From the NCBI GenBank assembly GCA_030633885.1, contig DAOWBV010000002.1, positions 1 through 47,435 on the forward strand: DNA of 47,435 nt, in the 5' to 3' direction. The translations under genes and the position numbers were made by a program. The notes under the pieces are model-generated. The model made no database searches. It was not told where the DNA came from and saw only the letters and a list, made by a program, of their open reading frames with translations. This DNA comes from Planctomycetota bacterium (lineage in GTDB: Bacteria > Planctomycetota > MHYJ01 > JACQXL01 > CAKKQI01). This document shows, piece by piece, positions 37,144 through 44,740 of the stretch; position 1 is the first letter of the stretch; every line of letters begins with the position of its first letter.

Positions 37144-37172
37144 ACTATATTATTAATAATTAACGTGGTCAA
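37144..37172 (-). promoter_or_regulatory. Sigma70-type promoter for the PilM-like/secretin/ExbBD operon
   Basis: On the minus strand: TTGACC (37172-37167), a 17-bp spacer, then TATAGT (37149-37144). It lies 29 nt upstream of the ATG at 37114, with a GGAGG SD in between. The -35 box abuts the MITE-like terminus. Confidence 0.55.
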
Positions 37173-37319
37173 CCCCGTTAGAGATAGGTCGCCTGTTGAC
37201 TCGTTCCACTCGTTAATATTGGCGACCGGCAATAAAATTATTTTTCCCTAACAGCTTAACTGGTTTCCTGTTAGCGCAATTACGCTATAAGTAGTTTTAT
37301 ATCATAATCTCTAACGGGG
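37173..37319. repeat. MITE-like dispersed intergenic element, copy 3 (147 bp)
   Basis: Perfect 13-bp inverted termini: CCCCGTTAGAGAT (37173-37185) and ATCTCTAACGGGG (37307-37319). Internal stem GGTCGCC (37187-37193) / GGCGACC (37221-37227). Its ends match copies 1 and 2. Confidence 0.65.
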
Positions 37320-37334
37320 TCAAGAAAATTCTGC

Positions 37335-38330
37335 TTATTTAAACAGTTTTGTGCTGAAGTAACGTTCCATCCGGTCCGGTAACACGGTTACCACCGTTTT
37401 GTTCCGTCCTAATTGACGGGCTACCTGACAGGCAGCCAGATAATTCGCTCCGGAAGAAACACCGACCATTAATCCTAAGTGAGTGATCATTCGTTTGGCC
37501 ATCTTGACCGCGTCTGAGCTGTTGACTTTAACTACTGCATCAATCGTGTTTTCATCGACTATTTCCGGGACAAAGCCGTCGCCGATCCCGGCGATATGGT
37601 GACTACGCATTTCCACTTCACCGGAAAGTATGGCTGCTTCGCTCGGTTCCACCGCTACGATCTTGGCCTTGATCTTTTTTTTTCGGAACGCTTCGGCCAC
37701 GCCCATGAGTGTTCCGCCCGTACCGATCCCGGCGACAAAAGCGTCGATTTTACCTCGACATTGCCGGATGATCTCCTGGCCGGTGGTCAGGCGGTGTACC
37801 TCGGTGTTATCCGGATTGGAAAATTGGCGAGGTAAAAATACTTTCCGGTTCCGGACGGCCATCGCTTCGGCCCGTTTGACCGGTTCCGTAAACCCGCCGG
37901 ACTTGGGAGTCAGGATCACTTTCGAGCCCAGAGCCCGCATGATTTTGATCCGTTCTTCACTCATATGCTCCGGCATGATGATGACCGTTTTATATCCTTT
38001 GGCCGCGGCGACCATCGATAACCCGATCCCGGTATTGCCGCTGGTTGCTTCCACGATGATCGAATCTTTTTTTAATTCGCCTCGTTGTTCGGCCCGTTCA
38101 ATAATATATTTGGCAATCCGATCCTTGACGCTTCCGCTGGGGTTAACGAATTCCAGTTTGGCCATGATCCGGGCCATGGGCCGGTTCGGCGCCGATCGGC
38201 CCATCCGGCATTGCCGCCGGCAGGATTTCTTGCCAGAGTTTTCCCAGCAGAGATTGATCGGGATCATCGGTGTGTTCCCGATACAATCCAGGACGGAGTT
38301 TATGATTTCATGGCAATGGTGGACTTTCAT
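37335..38330 (-). CDS. PLP-dependent cysteine synthase / cystathionine beta-synthase family enzyme
   Basis: IGNTP, NPSGSVKDRIA (PLP-Lys) and TSGNTGIGL motifs. Carries a Cys/Arg-rich ~25-aa insertion near the N-terminus. Confidence 0.85.
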   Translation of the reverse strand: MKVHHCHEIINSVLDCIGNTPMIPINLCWENSGKKSCRRQCRMGRSAPNRPMARIMAKLEFVNPSGSVKDRIAKYIIERAEQRGELKKDSIIVEATSGNTGIGLSMVAAAKGYKTVIIMPEHMSEERIKIMRALGSKVILTPKSGGFTEPVKRAEAMAVRNRKVFLPRQFSNPDNTEVHRLTTGQEIIRQCRGKIDAFVAGIGTGGTLMGVAEAFRKKKIKAKIVAVEPSEAAILSGEVEMRSHHIAGIGDGFVPEIVDENTIDAVVKVNSSDAVKMAKRMITHLGLMVGVSSGANYLAACQVARQLGRNKTVVTVLPDRMERYFSTKLFK

Positions 38331-38341
38331 AAAGTTGTTCC

Positions 38342-39463
38342 TCAGTGTTTCTTGGTTAATCGTCCCCGGATGACAATATCGTCGTTGATCTGTTCAGAAG
38401 TAATCTCTTCAAGCCGGATAGCGTCTTTGATCTTTTCGATTCCGACTCCTTCAACCGGCGTCTTGGCGTCGCGACCGCCGATGATCTTCGGGGCCAGGAA
38501 GATGATCACTTCGTCCACCAACCCGGTCTCAAAAGCACTGGCCATCACTTCACCACCGCCTTCTAACATGACTTTATTGATCCCGCTTTCGGCGATCTTG
38601 CGGGCCAATTTGATGAAATTCAAACGACCGCCGACTTCTTCGATCTCCAGGATCTTGCATTTGCTTTCCCAGAGCCGTTTGACTTTTTCCTGCGGTGCCG
38701 CCGGGCCGACGGCGATAAAAGTCTCCGCCTGATCAACGGTTTTAATGATTTGAGAATCGAGTGGCAGGCGGGCGTAAGTATCGAGAATGATCCGGCGTGG
38801 GTTCTTGGCGCCGGGAATATTTTTGACCAGTAGTTGGGGGTTATCCTTGAGGGCGGTTTCGATGCCGACCATGACCGCACCGACTTTTTCCCGTAGGCGG
38901 CCCAGCCAGTTGCGGGAAGCTTCGGAGGAGATCCATTTCGATTCGCCCGTACTGGTGGCGATCTTACCGTCCGCGCTCATTGCCCATTTGGCGATTACGT
39001 AGGGTAGTCCTTCCCGGTGTAATTTGAAAAAAGCCGCGTTGGCCTGTCGGGCTTTGGGTTGAAGGACGCCTTCGATTACCTCGATCCCGGTTTTTTTTAA
39101 TCGGGTCACGCCCCGGCTGTTCGTGATCGGATTCGGGTCGCGCGTGGCGATGACGACTTTTTTTATTCCGGCCTGGATGATCATGTCCACGCAGGGCGGT
39201 GTTTTGCCCTGATGGGCGCAGGGTTCCAGGCTGATGTATAATGTTGATCCTTCGATCGATTCCTTACAGGTACTCAGAGCATTGACCTCGGCGTGCGGGC
39301 CGCCGAAATATTCATGATAACCTTCGCCGATCACCCGGTCGTCCCGGACCAGAACCGCGCCGACTACCGGGTTCGGCTCAACCCGGCCTTCGCCTTTGAG
39401 CGCTAACTCTAAAGCGCGGCGCATGTGCTTTTCGTGATACTTTTGCGTTTCTTTAGTTGTCAT
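38342..39463 (-). CDS. ribD: Bifunctional riboflavin biosynthesis protein RibD (pyrimidine deaminase/reductase)
   Basis: HMRRALELALKGEG..PNPVVGAV, HAEVNAL and LEPCAHQGKTPPC deaminase motifs, plus a C-terminal reductase domain. ATG at 39463 is preferred over TTG at 39484. Confidence 0.92.
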   Translation of the reverse strand: MTTKETQKYHEKHMRRALELALKGEGRVEPNPVVGAVLVRDDRVIGEGYHEYFGGPHAEVNALSTCKESIEGSTLYISLEPCAHQGKTPPCVDMIIQAGIKKVVIATRDPNPITNSRGVTRLKKTGIEVIEGVLQPKARQANAAFFKLHREGLPYVIAKWAMSADGKIATSTGESKWISSEASRNWLGRLREKVGAVMVGIETALKDNPQLLVKNIPGAKNPRRIILDTYARLPLDSQIIKTVDQAETFIAVGPAAPQEKVKRLWESKCKILEIEEVGGRLNFIKLARKIAESGINKVMLEGGGEVMASAFETGLVDEVIIFLAPKIIGGRDAKTPVEGVGIEKIKDAIRLEEITSEQINDDIVIRGRLTKKH

Positions 39464-39579
39464 ATTGTTCACTTTGTAACTCAACTCTTTAGCCGAAGGA
39501 CTGACCCCTGCCCGACTGCGTCATTCAGGCGGGCGTCCTCTGGCGGATTAAAGTTGATAAAGTCTCCGTCTTTAAAAAG

Positions 39580-41781
39580 TTACGATTTTTTTTCCTTGAA
39601 TAATTCTTCTTCCCGGGACGCGATCAGCGATATTATTTGTTCGGGCGATCGGCTCGCCAGGACTTTTTTGCGGAATTGGTTATTATCAAAAGTGCACGCG
39701 ATGCTGCTCAGTATGTTCAGATAATCCGTGTTCCGCTTTTCTTCCGCTGCGATCAGGAATATCAGATGCGCTGGTCGTTCATCCGCCGCCTCAAAATCTA
39801 TCCCTTGATGAGACAAGCCCAGGCAAACCACCACGCCATTCACCGCGAAACTCCGGGCATGCGGGATCGCGATCCCTTTGCCTATGCCCGTGGTGTCAAT
39901 CTTTTCCCTTTCCACGACCCGGTTGAGCAGTTCATGTTTATCGGTCACCTTGCCCATCCGCGCGGCCAGTTCGATCAGCTCCTTGATCGCTTCTTCTTTT
40001 GTCGCGGAAGTTAGTTTTGTCGTGATGACTCTCGGTGAAAGCGTTTGCGAAAGAGAAGGTGGCCCGAAGTAACGCGATTTCAGCACGTCGTGCCTTTCTA
40101 CCCTGATCGTGTTCACCTCCTGTTTTATTCTTGTCTCCTCGATGCCGAGATTTTTCAGCGTTCGGACCAGGACCTCAAGGCTGGATTCGAATTCTTCCTG
40201 GATAACCTCATCAGCCCCGACCTCAAAAAGTTCTTCCACTTCCTGGCTGAACCTGGTCAGGACCACGATGAAGACTTTCGGGTTGAGCATACGGGCGTTC
40301 CTGATTATCGCCTGCGTGGCCGGGTCATCCAATAGGGTGACCACCACGGTCCGGGCGTGTTCGGCATTTGCTTTTTTCAGCACCTCATACGAGGTCGCGT
40401 CACCATAGAAACACGGGATGTCTATTCCCCTCATCGCTTCCACGGTCTTCGCGTTAAGTTCCAGGGCAAGGAATGGGAATTTCAGTTCATTGAGCACTTG
40501 TCCTAACGTCATGCCGATCGGCCCATACCCGCAGATGATCACATGATCTTTCTTCGTGCGAGCCCGGTCTTCCAGATCCGGATCTATCTGCGCGGACAAT
40601 ATTTTTTTTAATATCTTGCACCGGCCCAACCGGTCCACGATAACCGGCGATATCTTGATGAGCAGCGGGGCGACCAGCATCGTGATAATGGCCGCTGAGA
40701 TGGTCAGCGTATAAAGGTATTCGGAGATCAGGCCTTGGTCCAGACCGAGCTTGACCAGGATAAAAGAGAACTCACCGATTTGGGCCAGGCCGATACCTAT
40801 CAATAACGCCGTTCTCAACGGATATTTCACGATCAAACACGCCACCGCGGCAATAATAAACTTTCCGACGAGTATGGCCGTCACCAGGAACAATACATCC
40901 AGAGGGCGCCGGACGATAAATAAAGGATCGAATAACATCCCGATGGATACGAAAAATAAACATAGAAATCCGCTTCGTAGCGGCATCACGTCGGCCAGGA
41001 TCTGATGGCTGTATTCCGAACCGCCGATGACTATTCCCGCGATAAATGCCCCGAGCGCAAAAGAAAGTCCGAACTGGTCACTGAGCGCGGCGGTGCCCAG
41101 GCAGAGCGCGATGACCGCTAAAAGAAAAAGCTCGCGGCTACCGCTAGAGGCGATCCAATGGAGCATGCGAGGTACTATTTTCCAGCTGAACAAGACAAGC
41201 GCCGTCAGGAAGACCGCCGCCTTACCGAGCGCGATCAGTAACGGAACCACGACCGAACCCGCGTTCCCTTGGATGACCGGCAGGATCGTGACCATCGGGA
41301 TGACACTCAGATCCTGGATCAGGAGGATGGAGACGATTATCCGGCCGTGCAGAGTGTGAAGCATCGCGTGGTCCATCAGGACCTTGATGACGATGGCCGT
41401 ACTGCTGAGGGCGATCAGGCAGCCCAAATAAATCCCGCTATAGGTATCCCAATCCAGAAGTGAGGTCACCGCCAGCGTGGCGCCCAGGGTCAGGATGATC
41501 TGCAAGCTTCCCCCGCCTAAGGCCTTGGTCCCGAGCCGGATAATCTTTTTCGGGGAAAAAGTCAGCCCCAGGGTGAACATCAAAAGTATCACACCCACTT
41601 CGGCAAGGATGTTGATCTGCTTGGCTTCCGTGATAAAGCCCAACCCGAAAGGCCCGGCCAGCACCCCGATAAGCAAATAAGCGGTGATGACCGATTGTTT
41701 GAGCCTTTGAAAAAGCATGCCCATGGCCAGCGCCGCGGCCAGGAGGATGGCGATGTTCAGGATGATCAGGCTGGTATCCAA
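39580..41781 (-). CDS. CPA2 (Kef-type) cation:proton antiporter fused to an RCK/TrkA-N domain and a C-terminal PTS EIIA (Ntr-type) domain (733 aa)
   Basis: About 390 aa of Na+/H+-exchanger-like TM region. Rossmann VIICGYGPIGMTLG. C-terminal TTGIGKGIAIPHARS motif (His codon 39859-39861). Confidence 0.8.
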   Translation of the reverse strand: MDTSLIILNIAILLAAALAMGMLFQRLKQSVITAYLLIGVLAGPFGLGFITEAKQINILAEVGVILLMFTLGLTFSPKKIIRLGTKALGGGSLQIILTLGATLAVTSLLDWDTYSGIYLGCLIALSSTAIVIKVLMDHAMLHTLHGRIIVSILLIQDLSVIPMVTILPVIQGNAGSVVVPLLIALGKAAVFLTALVLFSWKIVPRMLHWIASSGSRELFLLAVIALCLGTAALSDQFGLSFALGAFIAGIVIGGSEYSHQILADVMPLRSGFLCLFFVSIGMLFDPLFIVRRPLDVLFLVTAILVGKFIIAAVACLIVKYPLRTALLIGIGLAQIGEFSFILVKLGLDQGLISEYLYTLTISAAIITMLVAPLLIKISPVIVDRLGRCKILKKILSAQIDPDLEDRARTKKDHVIICGYGPIGMTLGQVLNELKFPFLALELNAKTVEAMRGIDIPCFYGDATSYEVLKKANAEHARTVVVTLLDDPATQAIIRNARMLNPKVFIVVLTRFSQEVEELFEVGADEVIQEEFESSLEVLVRTLKNLGIEETRIKQEVNTIRVERHDVLKSRYFGPPSLSQTLSPRVITTKLTSATKEEAIKELIELAARMGKVTDKHELLNRVVEREKIDTTGIGKGIAIPHARSFAVNGVVVCLGLSHQGIDFEAADERPAHLIFLIAAEEKRNTDYLNILSSIACTFDNNQFRKKVLASRSPEQIISLIASREEELFKEKKS

Positions 41782-41817
41782 TTTGATCTCCCTTTTGGAA
41801 TTTTGAGATTTTTGACC

Positions 41818-42291
41818 CTACCCATTTTGTGCCTTCTGATCATCTTTTTCTAATGTTTCTTTCGCGGCGTTTTGATATTTTTTAACTTTTTCTTGGATTT
41901 GTTTATCACCCAAACCCAAGATTTTGGCAGTCGCTAACGCGGCATTGTCCGGTTCTAAAATCACCATGGGCGCTACGGCAGACGGCATCCTGAGACTGGA
42001 ATAAATATCGCCTCCACCAAATTTATCACTATAGGGAGGACACGCGATAACCGGACAGTGGGTCTGGGCGTCGGTAAATCCGCTTAAAGCATTGCTTCTC
42101 CCGGCCACAGTAATAAATACCACATTTTCCTTTTCGGACTCTTTTATTAATTCATAACATTTTAAAGGCACTTTATGTGCCGAAGCAATCCTTAATACAC
42201 TTTTAATTCCAAATCCGTCTAAAGTCTTTGCGATTTTTTTCGACCACTCCAGATCACCTTTCGAACCCATGATTATTATCGCTTTACCCAT
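41818..42291 (-). CDS. purE: Class II PurE-type AIR carboxylase (157 aa from the ATG at 42291)
   Basis: MGKAIIIMGSKGD start with an AAGGAGA RBS. VAGRSNALSGF...CPVIACPP and SSLRMPS resemble the metazoan PAICS/class II PurE motifs (AGRSNGLGPV...YPVISCPP) rather than the class I motif AGGAAHLPG. Confidence 0.75.
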   Translation of the reverse strand: MGKAIIIMGSKGDLEWSKKIAKTLDGFGIKSVLRIASAHKVPLKCYELIKESEKENVVFITVAGRSNALSGFTDAQTHCPVIACPPYSDKFGGGDIYSSLRMPSAVAPMVILEPDNAALATAKILGLGDKQIQEKVKKYQNAAKETLEKDDQKAQNG

Positions 42292-42387
42292 ACATTTATC
42301 TCCTTCAAAATAGGTTACTCTGGATTTTTCCGAACCATTATTCGTTACCAGAAACTTTCTTGTCATTCATGTTTTTCATTCGAAAGA

Positions 42388-42867
42388 TCAAGCTTCATAT
42401 GAAATTTCCCGCACCTCATACCTTAACAATCCGGCGGGAACCTTCACTTCGAATTGATCACCGATCTTTCGGCCTATGAGCGCCTGTCCCAAAGGGGATG
42501 CGACCGAAACGGCCTCGTTATGCAAAGTGGTTTCGCCTTCACCCACTAACCGGAACACCCCGACCTCTTTCGAATCGATGTTCTCGAGTGTAACTTTAGC
42601 CCCGAAGGTAACTTCGTCAGTGGTTTCTTGGTGAGATTCCACCACCTCTGCATATACGAGCCTCCCCTCAAGGTCGGCTATTTGCTTCTCCAACAGCCAG
42701 ATCTCCTCTTTTGCGGCGCTGAATTCGCCACTGTCGCTTATGTCACCATGATCTCTCGCTTCTCCCAGGGCACGTTCCAATCTGGGCATAGCCACGGTCT
42801 TCATATGTTTAAGCTTTTCCTCTAGTTTTTCGTAGCCTTGTCTGGATATCGGTTTTCTTTGTGCCAT
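42388..42867 (-). CDS. greA: Transcription elongation factor GreA
   Basis: Coiled-coil N-terminus with DISDSGEFSAAKEE (the acidic-tip region) and a C-terminal FKBP-like domain, ~159 aa. Confidence 0.9.
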   Translation of the reverse strand: MAQRKPISRQGYEKLEEKLKHMKTVAMPRLERALGEARDHGDISDSGEFSAAKEEIWLLEKQIADLEGRLVYAEVVESHQETTDEVTFGAKVTLENIDSKEVGVFRLVGEGETTLHNEAVSVASPLGQALIGRKIGDQFEVKVPAGLLRYEVREISYEA

Positions 42868-42904
42868 TTTTCTGTATCTTCCTTGCCGTGATCCCGGGCT
42901 CTAT

Positions 42905-44740
42905 TTATTTTAAAAACTCGTTATGTGTTTCCAGTTCCTGGAGAGCTTCGGTTCGAATCGCGTCCAGATTATCAGCCAGCGCCTGTTCGACCACTGGAAT
43001 AAGAAAATTTGCCGCCAGAGCCGAAGTCTGAATGACCAGATCCGCCCCGGCGTCGTACAAGGCCCTGGATTGAAGATCGTTTTCTCCGGTGACAATGATT
43101 TTGGCTTCAGGACAAAGGCGGCGGACCACGCCAATAAATTTATGATTACTGGTCCCTTTTAAAAAAGCATCCGGGATGGTACACAAGACTACCCGGGCAT
43201 GGGAAATTTTCGCGTGATGAAGCGTGTCCGGATGTGAGACATCCCCGTAGACACAAGGGATACCCTGTTTTTTCAGCTCTTGCTTGACGACCGGGTTAAA
43301 ATCGACCACCATGATCTGGTCGAGCAAATTTTGTTTTTTACGGGAAATGTGGTCCAGAAAGGCGCTGCCGATCCGGAAGAATCCTAACATGATAATCGGT
43401 CTTTGTTTTTGCGCCTCTTTTTCTTTTTCCGGGGCGCTTAAATCTTTGATCCCCAGGCGGCTTAATCGCCGGCTGAGAAATCCTTGAATGCCGTGACTGT
43501 ATTTTACCAGGTAGGTAGATCCCACGGCCAGGATCACAAAAACCCAGATCACGGTGGTGAGCGATGCCTGACCAATGTGCCCAAACCCGATTCCCAGAGT
43601 TAAGATCACCAGTGAGAACTCGCTAATTTGAGAAAGATTGAAGCTGGCCAGCAGGCTGGTTCGATGCCCGCCTCTTAAGGTATAAAGCACCGCAAACACG
43701 CCAAAAATTCTTAGTAGAATGACTACCCCGGCAATTAATAACGCCAGTCCTAAAATCCCGACATGGGGTATCGGAATCTGCATACCCAGGGCAACGAAAA
43801 ACAAGGTAATAAAAAAATCACGGATGCTGGTCACCTTGGCAATGACGTCTAAGTTATAGGGAAAAGTAGCTAAAGCGACACCCGCGATCAAGGCGCCCAT
43901 TTCCATGGACAGGCCTACCTTCGGATGCGCGGCTACCAGGCAAATTAAAAAGCACCAGGCCAGGGCCAGCACCATCATCAATTCGGGAAGTTTTGCCGCC
44001 GATTTAAAAATTACCGGCAGTACGTATTTGCTGATGACCAACGCCGCGGCCACTAAGAGGCCGCCAATGCCAAAGGTTTTTAAAATACCCATGACCTGGG
44101 GGTTGGAAAGATTGGGTTGAATGGTCAGAATGATGATCGCCCAAATATCCTGAAAAATTAAAATGCCAATAGTAATCCGGCCCGGGAGAGTATCCAATTC
44201 CATTTTGTCATAAAGAAGCTTGACCACAATCATGGTGCTGCTGATACTGACGGCAATGGCCAGATAGAAACGATTGTATCCGTCTCCCAGGTCCAGACCC
44301 ATTTGTCCCAACCCCGAGAAAATCAGAAATCCCAGCCCAAGACAAATAGGGAATTGAAGTATCCCGGTTAGAATGACCAACTTCCCGGCCGAAAACATCT
44401 TCTTTAAATCGATTTCCAGTCCGATCATAAACAACAACAGGATTAATCCGATCTCGGCAATGGTAATGATTTCTGAAGGGCCGGTAATGTAGCGAAACCC
44501 GATCGGACCAATGATCACCCCGGCCAGGATGTATCCCATAATCAAGGGCTGGCGAAGCGTTTTCATTATCAGCCCCAGCAGGCCGGCGGTGACCATGCAC
44601 ACGGCAATGTTAGAGATTACGCTATGTCCGCCCTCGGTTCCTTCGCCGGCAAAAACCGGTGTCGCAGCGAATAACAGAAACATTAATAAAAAATATCCGG
44701 TTTTTAAGGGTTTCATTGCTATTAGAATTGATCCGCTCAT
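42905..44740 (-). CDS. CPA2 (Kef-type) cation:proton antiporter with a C-terminal RCK/TrkA-N domain (611 aa)
   Basis: Multi-TM exchanger region followed by a Rossmann-like domain. The start overlaps the miaB stop (ATGA at 44737-44740). Confidence 0.8.
   Translation of the reverse strand: MSGSILIAMKPLKTGYFLLMFLLFAATPVFAGEGTEGGHSVISNIAVCMVTAGLLGLIMKTLRQPLIMGYILAGVIIGPIGFRYITGPSEIITIAEIGLILLLFMIGLEIDLKKMFSAGKLVILTGILQFPICLGLGFLIFSGLGQMGLDLGDGYNRFYLAIAVSISSTMIVVKLLYDKMELDTLPGRITIGILIFQDIWAIIILTIQPNLSNPQVMGILKTFGIGGLLVAAALVISKYVLPVIFKSAAKLPELMMVLALAWCFLICLVAAHPKVGLSMEMGALIAGVALATFPYNLDVIAKVTSIRDFFITLFFVALGMQIPIPHVGILGLALLIAGVVILLRIFGVFAVLYTLRGGHRTSLLASFNLSQISEFSLVILTLGIGFGHIGQASLTTVIWVFVILAVGSTYLVKYSHGIQGFLSRRLSRLGIKDLSAPEKEKEAQKQRPIIMLGFFRIGSAFLDHISRKKQNLLDQIMVVDFNPVVKQELKKQGIPCVYGDVSHPDTLHHAKISHARVVLCTIPDAFLKGTSNHKFIGVVRRLCPEAKIIVTGENDLQSRALYDAGADLVIQTSALAANFLIPVVEQALADNLDAIRTEALQELETHNEFLK

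Noticed and set aside
37169-37323. Consistent target-site duplication for the MITE-like family
   Set aside because: TCAA flanks both ends of copy 3, but copy 1 has no matching flanks (..GCGTG / TGATAC..). A family-wide TSD therefore cannot be claimed from this window.
37630-38732. 247-aa and 215-aa plus-strand ORFs overlapping the cysK-like gene and ribD
   Set aside because: They are antisense to two well-supported conserved enzymes. The composition is Arg/Ser/Pro-rich and low-complexity, with no start context.
39464-39579. FMN (RFN) riboswitch upstream of ribD
   Set aside because: Only ~95-116 nt are available. There is one partial resemblance on the minus strand (GUCGGGCAGGGGUCAGUCC versus the conserved GGGGCAGGGUGAAAUUCCC), and the remaining conserved RFN helices are not present. 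A nested hairpin (AGGAC/GUCCU around GCCCG/CGGGC) exists, but I cannot support a riboswitch call. cmscan with RF00050 would settle it.
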